This document shows positions 1 through 11,100 of a DNA stretch of 64,000 nucleotides, piece after piece. How positions within the stretch are numbered: position 1 is the first letter of the stretch; each line of letters begins with the position of its first letter. Source of the stretch: a phage; the sequence record PZ476263.1. One strand, written 5' to 3'. The translations under genes and the position numbers were made by a program. The notes below the pieces were generated by a model. It ran no database searches. It had not been told where the DNA came from and saw only the letters and a program-made list of their open reading frames with translations.

Positions 1-59
1 TTCTCTGGAGAAGCAGGCAAGAAATATGAATTCGATCCTTCATCTCTGAAGAGGTAAAA

Positions 60-428
60 ATGATTGACTTAGATAAGAAATACGTTAGAACTTTCGATTT
101 TGAATTGAGTGGTTACCCTGACGAAACATTCCGTGTGGTATTGGACTCTGTAACATATGAAGTGAGATTTACTTGGAATGAAAGGGATGAATCTTGGTTC
201 TTCTCTCTTGGAGATATCGGTGTCCCACCGACAATAACAACTAAACTCACATGTTATTCCGATATCATAGGCCCTTATCGTTATTTAGATAATGTGCCTG
301 ATGGTAACCTTTACCTCTTTCCACTGAGAAACATTGAAACTCGTGTGGGAAGGTATAATGTTGGCCCACTTGCGGGTGTTCAAATGATCTATGCCTCGCA
401 AGAAGAAGATGTGGAGACTATATTCTAA
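60..428 (+). CDS. hypothetical protein, first gene of tail/baseplate module
   Basis: 122-aa ORF; stop overlaps start of next gene (ATGA at 425-428), so co-translated with structural genes. Confidence 0.55.
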   Translation: MIDLDKKYVRTFDFELSGYPDETFRVVLDSVTYEVRFTWNERDESWFFSLGDIGVPPTITTKLTCYSDIIGPYRYLDNVPDGNLYLFPLRNIETRVGRYNVGPLAGVQMIYASQEEDVETIF

Positions 429-1384
429 TGAGAGCATTGGAAAGGACATATACTTTAGTTATCGGAAGACCTGTTTACATTGGTGAAAAGCCCGTCAATA
501 TCGAGAGATATGCGAGTAACACTAACCAAGGTGAGGCATACAAGATTACAGATCTTCATATGACCTTTGAGTTGAAAAAAGATAACTCGAAGGAACCGAA
601 TAAGGGATTTGTTAGTGTATTCAACCTTTCCGATGAAGTAGTTAACTACCTGTCTATCAACCAAAGAGAATCCTTGGCGGTTCTCTTATACGCAGGCTAC
701 AATGGGGATGAGAAATTAATATTCTCGGGAACTATTGAATGGGTTCAAGATACCTTCAAAGACGAGACACGAGAAACAAAATTCATATTTGGAGATGGAA
801 CTTTAAATTTAACTACTGCAACAACTGCCCGTTCTTATCGTAAAGGTACACCGACAAATCAGGTATTAAATGATCTTATTTCAGACCTGAAATTACCAAA
901 AGGTAGAGTGGTAGATTTCGGTAATCAAACTATTCAAAACTCTATGGCTTTTACAGGATCTGCGTCTCAAAATCTTGATAACCTGGCAAAGAATACCGGA
1001 TCTACTTTCTCTGTTCAAGATGGGGCTGTGTACTGGACGAAAGAAGGCTCTCGATTCGCTAATGTAATGTTTGAAATATCTGAAGACGGTGGAATGGTTG
1101 GTGTCCCAACATTAAAACAGCCTGCGGTTTCTAAAAAGAAGAAGAAAAAGGATACTAAAGAGTCCGCGAAGACAAAAGAGAAGAATGTTAAAGAGGATGT
1201 TGGTCTTACGGTAACCACATTACTTAACGGTGCAATTCTTCCTGAGTCAACTGTGTACTTAAATACAAAGTACATAAAAGGATTTTATAAGGTGATTGAG
1301 TTAACCCATCGCGGAGGTTATGAGGGCGGCGACTGGACAACTGAATTAGGATTGGCAGAAACACGAGGGGAGTTGATAAGATAA
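428..1384 (+). CDS. putative baseplate/tail assembly protein
   Basis: 318-aa ORF in co-oriented structural operon; internal lysine-rich linker (KKKKKKDTKESAKTKEK). Confidence 0.5.
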   Translation: MRALERTYTLVIGRPVYIGEKPVNIERYASNTNQGEAYKITDLHMTFELKKDNSKEPNKGFVSVFNLSDEVVNYLSINQRESLAVLLYAGYNGDEKLIFSGTIEWVQDTFKDETRETKFIFGDGTLNLTTATTARSYRKGTPTNQVLNDLISDLKLPKGRVVDFGNQTIQNSMAFTGSASQNLDNLAKNTGSTFSVQDGAVYWTKEGSRFANVMFEISEDGGMVGVPTLKQPAVSKKKKKKDTKESAKTKEKNVKEDVGLTVTTLLNGAILPESTVYLNTKYIKGFYKVIELTHRGGYEGGDWTTELGLAETRGELIR

Positions 1385-1387
1385 ATT

Positions 1388-2128
1388 ATGGCTTATGTAG
1401 ATCGCTACGATGCTGCACTTTCTGTATTCTTTTCCAGACATATGAGAAACGTGCATACAAATATCCGAGGGAGAGTTGTAGGCGTTAACTATGCAGTACC
1501 TTCCGTAGATGTTCAACCTATGGCACAAACTCAATTTGAGAATGGTACTGTGGATAAATTCCCTGTTCTTTATGATGTGCCTATAAACTTTCCTTCAGGT
1601 GCGGGTGGAAAGGCAAGATTGACTATGCCGATCAAAGTGGGGGATATGGTCGGCGTATCTTTTTCAGAAAGAAATGAATCAGATTTTAATGATGTTACCA
1701 CCCATCAATTATTCCCAGGGTGGGCAGTCACCCAAATATTTACAGACGGAAACTCTAAGGCTTCTCACCCAGACAACGTTGTGCTTGAAAATGATAAAGG
1801 ATCATTAACTTTCACGCCCGAGGGTAAAACAACATTGAAAAACGATGTTGCTACTTTTGACGTTTCTGAAACAGGTAAGCTTAACTATACAAATGGTCCC
1901 GCCAATCTTGAAATAGACGAATCGGGAAAAATGACATTCAGCAATGGGTCTGCGAACATAATAGCAAACCCTGGTGGATTGGTAACTGTAAACGGTTGTC
2001 AAATAACCCCTTCGGGGAACGTGATAACTGCATCCGGTATTGACTTAGAGCAATTCTACAGCGAATACAGAATCCATAAACACGGTGGTGTCGAAAGAGG
2101 TGGTGATATTAGTGGAGAACCAGTATAA
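1388..2128 (+). CDS. putative baseplate protein
   Basis: 246-aa ORF tightly packed between neighbours (stop/start overlap at 2125-2130). Confidence 0.5.
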   Translation: MAYVDRYDAALSVFFSRHMRNVHTNIRGRVVGVNYAVPSVDVQPMAQTQFENGTVDKFPVLYDVPINFPSGAGGKARLTMPIKVGDMVGVSFSERNESDFNDVTTHQLFPGWAVTQIFTDGNSKASHPDNVVLENDKGSLTFTPEGKTTLKNDVATFDVSETGKLNYTNGPANLEIDESGKMTFSNGSANIIANPGGLVTVNGCQITPSGNVITASGIDLEQFYSEYRIHKHGGVERGGDISGEPV

Positions 2129-2652
2129 TGGCAACAGTATTTAAAGATTTTCTTTTAAATCCGACAACTGGGGATCTTGATTTTAGTTCTCGAACCCTTG
2201 AGGTTGTCACATCTAACCAGATGAGCTTAAGACAAAGGCTTTATATCCGTTTTGGTATCTGGCAAGGAACTTGGTATTTCGATGAAGGTATTGGATTTCC
2301 TTACGGAATGTTTATCGCTAAGAAAACCTCTAAAACAGTTCTGGACAACAGGATAAAACAAGAAGTAAGACAAGAGCCAGATGTTATCGCAATAGAAGGC
2401 TTTACTTCTTCAATTGACGTGACTAGCAGAAGTTACAAATGCTTTTTTACGGTTGTTACTTCAGAAGGGGAAGAAATAAACTTTGCATTCTTAGGGGAGG
2501 ATGCTTTCGAATACCCTACCCCGCCAGAAGGTAACGTTGAATTGTGTGGTGATGTTGGTTCATTAATCGAATTTAAGAACAAGCTTTACTATCTTATCAA
2601 CTTCAGATTACCTAAATATGGTGATTCCACTTGGGTAAATAACTGGAAATAA
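2128..2652 (+). CDS. putative baseplate protein
   Basis: 174-aa ORF followed by rho-independent terminator. Confidence 0.5.
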   Translation: MATVFKDFLLNPTTGDLDFSSRTLEVVTSNQMSLRQRLYIRFGIWQGTWYFDEGIGFPYGMFIAKKTSKTVLDNRIKQEVRQEPDVIAIEGFTSSIDVTSRSYKCFFTVVTSEGEEINFAFLGEDAFEYPTPPEGNVELCGDVGSLIEFKNKLYYLINFRLPKYGDSTWVNNWK

Positions 2653-2657
2653 CACAA

Positions 2658-2683
2658 GGGAGCCTAGCGCTCCCTTTTCTTTT
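2658..2683 (+). terminator. rho-independent terminator
   Basis: GGGAGC-ctagc-GCTCCC hairpin followed by TTTTCTTTT. Confidence 0.7.
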
Positions 2684-2742
2684 AATTCTCGGAATATTAT
2701 GATAAAATACGCTTATCGTCTAATTTTGGAGCAGGAGGAACA

Positions 2743-4227
2743 ATGGCGTCCAATTACGGTCTAACGGGTAGTGGATTTAACCTCCCGCCGATGGAAGACT
2801 TAGTTCAGGAAACGAAGAAAACCTTTAAGAATGAATTTGGTGAGGACTTCAATACTGAAAGCAACTCCGTCGCAGACAAACTAATTTCTATTTTCAACGA
2901 ACGTGAATACCAACTTTGGCTTTTGATGGGTTCTGTATATTACGCTCAGACAATGCAAGGTGCGGAAGGTATTTACCTTGATGATCTTCTATCTAAACGC
3001 GGTATCTATCGTAACGGCAAGACTCGAAGCACAGGTCAGGTACAAATGACCATTGGGTCAACTGTTCCTTACAATATGATCTATTCCGCGACGGCTTATA
3101 CCATTGACAATGATTATCGTCTTTCTAACGATGTACAGGTAGCAGGGAACATCTTTGCTCAAGTCATTAAAGGAACTGATCTTTCTGTTGGTAGTTATCG
3201 TCTACAGATCCAGAATATTAATGATCAATCCATAAAGGTCATGACTTATCAACTAACAGCCACTTCCGGTGCGCCTGTTATCGCATTCTTCTCAGCAATC
3301 AAAGAATTTATCGTCGAAAACACGATCCTTTCCAATACGGATAAGATCATCATCGACTCTGTGGAAAATGCAATCTACATTGGTTATGATACTAACAAGA
3401 ATCTTACAGGGTTGTCAAGTCGTATCGACTTCAGAACTCAACCCATTGCAGGTAACCGAACGATAACTTTAGATGTTCGTGCAACAGAGCCTGGTCCAAT
3501 ATCTCGTGATGCTTACAGTGTACGAGGTATAAGTCCTGTCCCTGCCGACTTCCTCGATCTTACAAACCTTGTGGCGTTCACGCCTGGTTCAGATGTAGAA
3601 TCTGATAACGAATATCGACTTCGTGCAATCGATGCAGTTAATACCGGAAAGGCAACAAGAACCGCGATCTTGGCTGCATTGCTGAACAAGGTTGAAGGTA
3701 TTGAAAAGGTAAGGATCTTCGCAAACAACACTGACAAGACTAATGCACTTGGTGTCCCTCCTTACTCGTTTATGCCAGTTGTTTATGGTGGTAACACCGC
3801 AGAGATTAGTCAAGTCCTTTACGACACAATCGCAGGTTCCAATAACACTTCGGGAACTACCTTCTACAACATCACGACTGAAGATGACCAGGTGGAAACT
3901 ATTTGGCATACAAAAGCTCAGGCAAGAAGATTGAGCTTACGTATCAGCTATCGTGGAAGACCTCTTTCTGTTGTTGAAGAAACAACGATATCAAATAGCT
4001 TGATTACTGCGATAAATGGAACTATGATAGCCGGAACACTGTATAACGTACAGCTCGTGGGTACTGTTATCAGTTCTACCGCATCCTCCCGCTTTACTCA
4101 AGTTTTTGTAGAGATAAAGAACGTAGAAGAACCTGAATCTTCCTACGTGGGAACGGATGTGTCTGCGGCAGTGACAGAAGTTTTTGCATTGTCGGCAGAA
4201 AATATTGAATTCCGTCAAATAGTTTAA
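2743..4227 (+). CDS. putative baseplate wedge protein (J-like)
   Basis: 494-aa ORF with RBS GGAGGA upstream; size and position typical of baseplate wedge proteins; assignment by context only. Confidence 0.45.
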   Translation: MASNYGLTGSGFNLPPMEDLVQETKKTFKNEFGEDFNTESNSVADKLISIFNEREYQLWLLMGSVYYAQTMQGAEGIYLDDLLSKRGIYRNGKTRSTGQVQMTIGSTVPYNMIYSATAYTIDNDYRLSNDVQVAGNIFAQVIKGTDLSVGSYRLQIQNINDQSIKVMTYQLTATSGAPVIAFFSAIKEFIVENTILSNTDKIIIDSVENAIYIGYDTNKNLTGLSSRIDFRTQPIAGNRTITLDVRATEPGPISRDAYSVRGISPVPADFLDLTNLVAFTPGSDVESDNEYRLRAIDAVNTGKATRTAILAALLNKVEGIEKVRIFANNTDKTNALGVPPYSFMPVVYGGNTAEISQVLYDTIAGSNNTSGTTFYNITTEDDQVETIWHTKAQARRLSLRISYRGRPLSVVEETTISNSLITAINGTMIAGTLYNVQLVGTVISSTASSRFTQVFVEIKNVEEPESSYVGTDVSAAVTEVFALSAENIEFRQIV

Positions 4228-4237
4228 GGAGTTAATT

Positions 4238-4879
4238 GTGGCAGAGAACGTAGAGAAAAAAGATGTTAACCACATCCATCCTCTGCCCGATTTCGTAAAA
4301 GGCGGTATAGATTACTTACCGCCCGAGATCTTTGAAAACAAAGATAACTTGCAGAAGGTCCTTGAGATCTTTCTGAAACGTCTTGAACTCATTGATCAAA
4401 AAGCTGTTGAACTTGCAGAGATGAGAACAATAATCAATGCGGAAGGTGAGACGCTTGACGAGATCGGAAGACAAAATGGGATATTCCGTAATGGACTCAA
4501 TGACCCTGAATATCGCGCGGTAATCATCATCCTAACGGGTGTTGGTTCTAAGAGCGGCACAAGGTCAGAAATAATATCCACACTGAAGCAGCTTTTCGGT
4601 GACGAAGGTGTTACTACCTATAAGGGTAAGAACTACCGAATGGATATTAACATATTTAACACATGTGTTGAAGTTGAACTTATTCTTGACCAGATCCTCG
4701 ATATGCTTCCTTTGGTTACTCACTTGAGACTTGTGGAGCATCAAGGGTATCCCTTTGGATTTGAGGGTGACCAACAAGCTTTCGGGTGGGCATCTGTCTA
4801 TGACAGTGAAAGAACTGGTGCAGGTGGATTATCAACTTTAGTTTATGTATCTGACGAAGAAGACCCTTGGAGCTTCTAA
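4238..4879 (+). CDS. putative baseplate/tail protein
   Basis: 213-aa ORF, GTG start after RBS AAGGAG; sits between wedge-like gene and tail fibre gene. Confidence 0.5.
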   Translation: MAENVEKKDVNHIHPLPDFVKGGIDYLPPEIFENKDNLQKVLEIFLKRLELIDQKAVELAEMRTIINAEGETLDEIGRQNGIFRNGLNDPEYRAVIIILTGVGSKSGTRSEIISTLKQLFGDEGVTTYKGKNYRMDINIFNTCVEVELILDQILDMLPLVTHLRLVEHQGYPFGFEGDQQAFGWASVYDSERTGAGGLSTLVYVSDEEDPWSF

Positions 4880-4891
4880 TAGGAGAATTTA

Positions 4892-6526
4892 ATGGCTATA
4901 CCAACTACGCCGATTGTTGTTTTTGCGGCACAAGATGTTAACCTTCCTGGTACTGGAAGACCAAACAAATCAAAACCTATTGATGATCTGTTGGCGAAAG
5001 GTTATGACAAGGGCCAGAAACCTGCGGCGGAAGAATTTAACTATATCCTCCACCAATCTGGAGCTTGGCTTTCTTATATCATCAATGAGAAGTTCCCCGA
5101 GGTAGAAGAGGAATATCGCAGACTAATCAACGAGCTTGAAAATCGTATTAACGAACAGATCACTATTATTCGTCAAGACGTTGCTGCGGTAAGGCAAAAC
5201 GTAATTGAATTACGTCAATACTTGGATCAACAGGTGGCGAATCTTCGTCGTGAGATTACTGCGGTTGACCAACGGGTTACTCGTTTATCTCAAGACTTGG
5301 ATGCGGCTGTTGCTAACCTTACTTCACGTATAGATGCATTGGAGCCTCGTTTAGTTCCAATTGGTGCAATCCTTACATGGGCAGGACAAACCCCGCCTGC
5401 GGGTTATTTAGAGTGTAATGGTCAGGTATACAATACGAACCAAAACCCGAAACTCTATCAAGTTTTAGGAAGAAACGTAGTTCCTGATTATCGTGGTTTG
5501 TTCCTTCGTGGATGGGCGCATGGGTCTAACGCATACGATCCTGATTCTGGTCGTGCATTGGGATCTATTCAGGGCGATGCAATCCGAAACATTACGGGCG
5601 CAATGGGATATGAAAGTATCCGTACTGACCACGGTTATCGTGAAACTGGTGCACTTTATACTCAGTACAATTCCAACAGTGGTCCAGACCATGACCGTAA
5701 AAACCCTGCGGGTGATGTACGGTTTGATGCGAGCCGTGTAGTTCCTACCGCTCCTGAGAACAGACCAAAAAACGCCGCAGTTATGTATATCATAAAAACT
5801 GATCAGGCTCAGGGTACGGGAAGTCTTTCTCCTACGTCCTTGATTACTACACCTGATACGATAACTAACCGTGTTGGATTTACTCAAGGGATTAGTGCTC
5901 AAGTTCTTCCTGCAAACTTAGCTAGTCAGTATCCGGTAACTTGGACATCACAAAACGGTAATGTTGCAACCGTGGATAGTGCAGGTAACGTAAGATTGAC
6001 CGGACCTGGTGAGACGAATATTATTGCCTCTATATCTACGGGATTGTCGGCGCAGGTTAGAATTGTATCCTATACCGCACTAACAAGTATTAGTATTGGC
6101 ACTATTCCAACCATAGAAGTTAACGGGTCTGAAGTTGTACCTATTAACAGAGTACCTGCAAACTCCAATGAACCTCTGGTTTATTCAACCAGTAATGCAA
6201 ACGTGGCAGTAGTTACCCAAGGTGGTTATGTTTCAGGTGTTGCTCCAGGGACAGCTGTTATTACTGTGCGTGGCTCTATTTCTGGCGCTCAAGCTACAAG
6301 ACAGGTAACTGTAATTCCTGCGACTGTTGTTCAAACTATCGAAGATGTTCGTTTAGGTATTGAACAGCAAACCACTATGAACGGTGACAACTACACGAGT
6401 CCAGTTCGTGCTCCGGCAGGTTGTGTTATCACAGGTGTTGTTTCTGCGGGTCTTGGTCTTAACCAAGGTTATTATAAACCAATCCAGAAGCTTATGTCCG
6501 GCGTTTGGGTGACAGTTCAAGGATAA
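4892..6526 (+). CDS. tail fibre protein (coiled-coil, tail-collar motif, Ig-like repeats)
   Basis: 544 aa; heptad-rich segment (NELENRINEQITIIRQDVAAVRQNV...); tail-collar-like motif GAILTWAGQTPPAGYLECNGQ; two Big_2-like repeats (VTWTSQNGNVATVDSAGNVRLTGPGETNIIAS; LVYSTSNANVAVVTQGGYVSGVAPGTAVITV). Confidence 0.75.
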   Translation: MAIPTTPIVVFAAQDVNLPGTGRPNKSKPIDDLLAKGYDKGQKPAAEEFNYILHQSGAWLSYIINEKFPEVEEEYRRLINELENRINEQITIIRQDVAAVRQNVIELRQYLDQQVANLRREITAVDQRVTRLSQDLDAAVANLTSRIDALEPRLVPIGAILTWAGQTPPAGYLECNGQVYNTNQNPKLYQVLGRNVVPDYRGLFLRGWAHGSNAYDPDSGRALGSIQGDAIRNITGAMGYESIRTDHGYRETGALYTQYNSNSGPDHDRKNPAGDVRFDASRVVPTAPENRPKNAAVMYIIKTDQAQGTGSLSPTSLITTPDTITNRVGFTQGISAQVLPANLASQYPVTWTSQNGNVATVDSAGNVRLTGPGETNIIASISTGLSAQVRIVSYTALTSISIGTIPTIEVNGSEVVPINRVPANSNEPLVYSTSNANVAVVTQGGYVSGVAPGTAVITVRGSISGAQATRQVTVIPATVVQTIEDVRLGIEQQTTMNGDNYTSPVRAPAGCVITGVVSAGLGLNQGYYKPIQKLMSGVWVTVQG

Positions 6527-6531
6527 TAATC

Positions 6532-7044
6532 ATGAGAATGAATAATTTTAAAGTATACTCGCCAGAGGTTAAAGCTTTTGGTGAAGGAGTTCAATATTTT
6601 CAAGATGAAAAGGGAAGGGACTTCTATGAATCTCGTGGACTATTCAAAAAGAAATATGTAGTTTTCTTTGATGAGCACAATATAGTTCGTGGATGGGCAA
6701 AAAGTGAAGAAGTTACCCGTCTTCACCCAGGTGGTTTATCCGTTGTCGACCTGAATACCTTGCCGAAAGAATTTTCTTTACAGGATGGTGTGTGGTCATT
6801 CAATGGGAAACAGGTCGTTAAAGCCGACTATGATCCGGTATTTACCACGGAAGTAAGAAAGGCAGGTATTTTGCAAGTAATTGGGTCTGTTATCGCCCCA
6901 CTTCAAGATGCTGTTGAATTAGGAGAGGCTACGGAAGAAGAGACTGAAAAATACAATCATCTCCGCAGGATGAGAGTTAAAGTCATGCGTATTCCAGATA
7001 GCACTTGCCCCGCCGATATAGACTGGTCAGAGTTTACTGTCTAA
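6532..7044 (+). CDS. putative tail fibre assembly protein/chaperone
   Basis: About 170 aa, immediately downstream of tail fibre gene; start placed at ATG 6532 after AAGGA; track ORF begins 6505. Confidence 0.4.
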   Translation: MRMNNFKVYSPEVKAFGEGVQYFQDEKGRDFYESRGLFKKKYVVFFDEHNIVRGWAKSEEVTRLHPGGLSVVDLNTLPKEFSLQDGVWSFNGKQVVKADYDPVFTTEVRKAGILQVIGSVIAPLQDAVELGEATEEETEKYNHLRRMRVKVMRIPDSTCPADIDWSEFTV

Positions 7045-7056
7045 TCTTACATTTAT

Positions 7057-7073
7057 GTCGGGCTTCGGCCCGA
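7057..7073 (+). terminator. GC hairpin (possible weak terminator or RNA stabiliser)
   Basis: GTCGGGC-ttcg-GCCCGAC perfect hairpin after stop; no downstream T-run. Confidence 0.35.
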
Positions 7074-7086
7074 CTGTGGAGAATCT

Positions 7087-7419
7087 ATGATTGTTGATTT
7101 AATGGCAGTATTAAAAGCACTATGGGGCCTATTAACATTCATTCTTTTAGGTGCACTTAAGATATTTTATTCCGACTTCAAAAAATTGGAGTCCCGTCAA
7201 AGTGAACTTGAAAAGGATGTTCTGCGACTTAAAGAATCTGCGGTCACTAAGGATAGTATTGATGCGATCCTTGACCGAAAAATAAAACATATTACTGATA
7301 CCATTCAAGATATCCGCGAAGATATCACCGACATGAGAAGGGAGGCTAAGGAAGAGAACCATGCTCTTCAGCGTGATATTCGCGAATTGTTGAATAAGAT
7401 CATAGAGGGTCGTAAATGA
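7087..7419 (+). CDS. small membrane protein with coiled-coil
   Basis: 110 aa; N-terminal hydrophobic helix (LWGLLTFILLGAL) then charged coiled-coil. Confidence 0.5.
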   Translation: MIVDLMAVLKALWGLLTFILLGALKIFYSDFKKLESRQSELEKDVLRLKESAVTKDSIDAILDRKIKHITDTIQDIREDITDMRREAKEENHALQRDIRELLNKIIEGRK

Positions 7420-7874
7420 TTACAGCCATAATATATGGCCTTTGTTTTGTAATCCTTGCAACCCGAAAAGAGAGTGGCACGAAGATGGTGGCGGGGATTT
7501 GCCTCGCCTACCTGATTATCGAAAATATAATTTTGTATTATTTCAGCGGTATGATCGTCTTTGACATTTCTCTTTATTTTAATGTCCTCTGGGCATTGGA
7601 TTCGATACTGCTTTTCACTTTAGGTTGCACAGTGAAAGGATTAAGACAAAAGCTAATAGTCGGACTCAGTATACCTTTTATGCTTGTCCAAGTGTTTGCA
7701 ATCCAATACCCAGAACTTTTCCCTCTTTGGGTGTATGAATTCGCTTTCAAGGATGCCCACAAATATTTCATAGAGGTATTTGTGTTTGTATTTTCTTGGA
7801 AGGATAATACAGTCCCTGAGTGGATCAGAACAGCCATAGTAATATTTCTGGTCTTGATTGCTCATTTGGTCTGA
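7416..7874 (+). CDS. polytopic membrane protein
   Basis: 152 aa with at least four hydrophobic segments; ATGA overlap with upstream gene. Confidence 0.5.
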   Translation: MITAIIYGLCFVILATRKESGTKMVAGICLAYLIIENIILYYFSGMIVFDISLYFNVLWALDSILLFTLGCTVKGLRQKLIVGLSIPFMLVQVFAIQYPELFPLWVYEFAFKDAHKYFIEVFVFVFSWKDNTVPEWIRTAIVIFLVLIAHLV

Positions 7875-7896
7875 ACATTGATAATGAAGGTGATCC

Positions 7897-8157
7897 ATGT
7901 TAAAATTTCTGAAAGACCTAGTAACCTCCGCAATAGAACCAGATAAGGCTTCACATACGAAGTTTTGGTCCAATGTGGGTATGGCAGCTATGACTGCTGT
8001 CTTTTTATGGTATGGGTTTAATAATACATTACCAGAGTGGTACGTTTGGTTGTATGCCCCAACCGTGGTTGCTCCGCACCTGTTGAGTGACCTAATTAAC
8101 CTTCGCTGGGGATTATCTCTTAAAAAGGATAAAGACCCTTCAGACGAAAACAAGTAA
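7897..8157 (+). CDS. small membrane protein
   Basis: 86 aa, two hydrophobic helices, charged C-terminus. Confidence 0.5.
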   Translation: MLKFLKDLVTSAIEPDKASHTKFWSNVGMAAMTAVFLWYGFNNTLPEWYVWLYAPTVVAPHLLSDLINLRWGLSLKKDKDPSDENK

Positions 8158-8169
8158 GAGGAGACAACT

Positions 8170-11100
8170 GTGTCGTCTAATACCGATATTTTAGCTTTGC
8201 TTAATACGGAAGCGGATCAAGCTGTGGACCAAATCATTGAAGACTCTAGAAGACTTCACTTGGTGGTCAATGGTACAGGAACAGAACAAGTAGTTACTGA
8301 AGATGGTAGCCTGATTCCTACAATCCGTAAAGCAATTATTGATAATTTTTATTTCAAAACTCCACCTTTACCTTGGAGAAATGGAGGATCGGTTGTTGAG
8401 TTTAACCAACTGTATGCTTTCACCGATCTGAATGGGAATGTATCTTGGTGGTATGCTCCTGGTGCGACGAGTGCTTCTCCTGTTGTGATGAGAGATAGCC
8501 CAATCAATGATGGTAAGTTTAGACCATTCTTTGATAAAGGTAATATTCAAGACACTTACGCTCCGCTTCTTTCTCCGGCTTTCCGTGGAAACCCTACAGT
8601 ACCACTCCCTCCTGAGGGAGATTCTTCCTTTACCATTGCACCAACTGCATGGGTATCTCGCGAAATTGAAAAGGTCCGTGGTGAAATAGTTGAAGAATCT
8701 CGCGGTGAATTTCAAAACATTATTGTAAGGGACGATGCATCTCTTAAAGACCTCTACGTAAGTGGGGAAGCGATCTTTACAAGTGAGAGAATTGCTGCAT
8801 TGGATTCCGAGCTGTCGCTTAAGCGCTTAAGAATGGCAGGTCCACAAGCGGAGATGGCTTTTGAGCAAAATGGATCCTCCCCTGCTGCGGGACTTACCAA
8901 AAAGACAAATATAAAGCCTTATGAAATAACCACTGGCAGGTTCATTTCCAATACTGTGCAGGCTGACGAGATTAAAGTTGGTGATACCTCTCGTTCAGTA
9001 AACAGTTTGGATGTTGAAGGTTACATGCAGGCTGATTATTTACATCTGGAAGGTAATGCCAATAACGATGCGGAAAGACCTCAGTTAATTGTTGACGGCA
9101 TCGCAGAGATTAAAACTCTTCGCGTTATAGATACAATTGAAGGGTTGAAAGCTGACGTTGAAGGTCTAGATATTAACCCCAATAGTGTCGTAGTTGAAAG
9201 AACTTCAAGGGTAAAAGGTGCAGCAACTTTTGATTCTACCGTAAATGTATCCGGCACAACGACTTTAAATAATGTGGTTATTGAAGGTACGCTAACGGGC
9301 GCAGGGATCGGTGTTGACGGAAAAGATATTGCTCCTCGTTCAGTAAATGCGACTTCTGTAACTGTTGCACAAAATCTTAACGTAACTGGTGAGACTTTTG
9401 CAGCTGGGGATATGACTGTAAATAACCTTAGGGTTAACGGTGCACTCATCGCAGATATCGATATTGAGGGAAGTGATCTTAACTTCACCAACATTAACGT
9501 CTCAGAAAAAGCCACAATAAAAGACCTTGAAGTGACAGGAACTGTAACCGGATTTACTGTAAGTGTTGACGGAGAGGATATTTCTCCTGCAACGGTAACA
9601 ACCTCCGGCAATGTAACTGTTGGAAATAACCTTCGTGTCTCTGGCGATCTTACTGTAGATGGTGAACTGGCAATACCTGCCTTAGATACAGGAGAGATCA
9701 CTGCGGGAGATATTTCAGGTAATTCTTTAACCCTCGACGGCGATCTTACCACAGGTCCAGAGTCTACCACTCGTCTTCATAATCTCGTTGTCACAGGAAC
9801 GACCACAGGCCTCACTGTAACAGCGAATGTAGATGGACAAGACATTCTCCCATCCAGTGTCGCTACAGGCAATCTGGATGCATCTGGAGAGGTTTCAGCG
9901 GCATCTCTGTCGGTTACTGGGGCAACGCAAGTAAAAGACCTGAATATTACAGGGACTGTTACCGGATTACAGATCGATCTTTCTGACGAGGCGGTATCTG
10001 TTGATTCAATAACGGCAAGAAGAACTTCCAACTTCGCAGATATTAGTACGACAAATATCACAAATGCTGAAAAGATTACAACTCAGGATTTACAAATCCT
10101 CGGTGATCTTACAGATGCTGACGGTAACCCATTCTATGCCAATGTGACTGGTCAAGACATCTTACCTAACAGTGTTCAATCTGCAACATCTGTCCGAACT
10201 AAAACTTTACGTGTTGAAGAAACATCTCTTCTTGAAGGAACAGTTACTTTAAATAACGGATTGATTGTTACTGACGGGGACATAACTTCAACGCAAGGTA
10301 TTGCAAAGTTTAACGATGTTCAGATATTTGGTTCTTTAACAGATGCGAATGGTAATGGTATTGGCACTGTTGAAAGTATCCAAGGAAGAGATATTGCCCC
10401 TCGAAGTGTTGTGGCTCAAGTTGATGTTCAGGCCGCAGCCTTAGAAATAACAGGGCAGGCACATGTAGGTTCTTTGATTGTTGATGGAGAAACTACAACG
10501 AGCAGCATAAACATTTCAGGTATTGCAACTGCTAATGAAGTTATTGTTGACACGGTAAGGTCTGGTCAGATAACTTCAGGAAACGTAGTAATAACAAGAA
10601 CTGTAGGCTCTTCTGATCCGGCACTTGAAGTACGTGGCCCAGGGCAGATTCAAGGCGATCTCAGTGTTACTGGAACAATCTCTGGAAACATTGACCTGTC
10701 TGCCAAAGATATCAGTGTAAACTCTTTAACCTCAGCAGGAGCTATAACCGGAATATCTGTTTCTTCCAGCACTTCTGTAACTGGATTGTCTGCTACTTTT
10801 GGTGAAGATTACCCTGAAGCACCTGCCTACGGGATTACATCTTTATCTGGTGCAAACATTAATAAAAACCTTCGTGTTGGTGGTAATTTAACTGTTGTTG
10901 GGAACATCTCTGGAAACATTGATCTTAGTGGGAAGACTATCTCTCCGCAAGAGGTTGATGCAACCACGATTGGAGCTACAAATGCCAATCTGACCAACCT
11001 TACAGTTACCGGAAACCTGACTTTACCTTCAGTACCTTTGACTTCTCAAAGTCTTACGGCGGAGGGTCTTGTTAGTGCAGCTAAGTTTAGCACAACTCCA

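Noticed and set aside
8368-10061. - strand ORFs (8368..8715, 9081..9770, 9777..10061) inside the large tail-fibre gene
   Set aside because: Antisense shadow ORFs within a long, repeat-containing + strand gene; Ser/Pro/Thr-rich composition is typical of reverse-frame artefacts.
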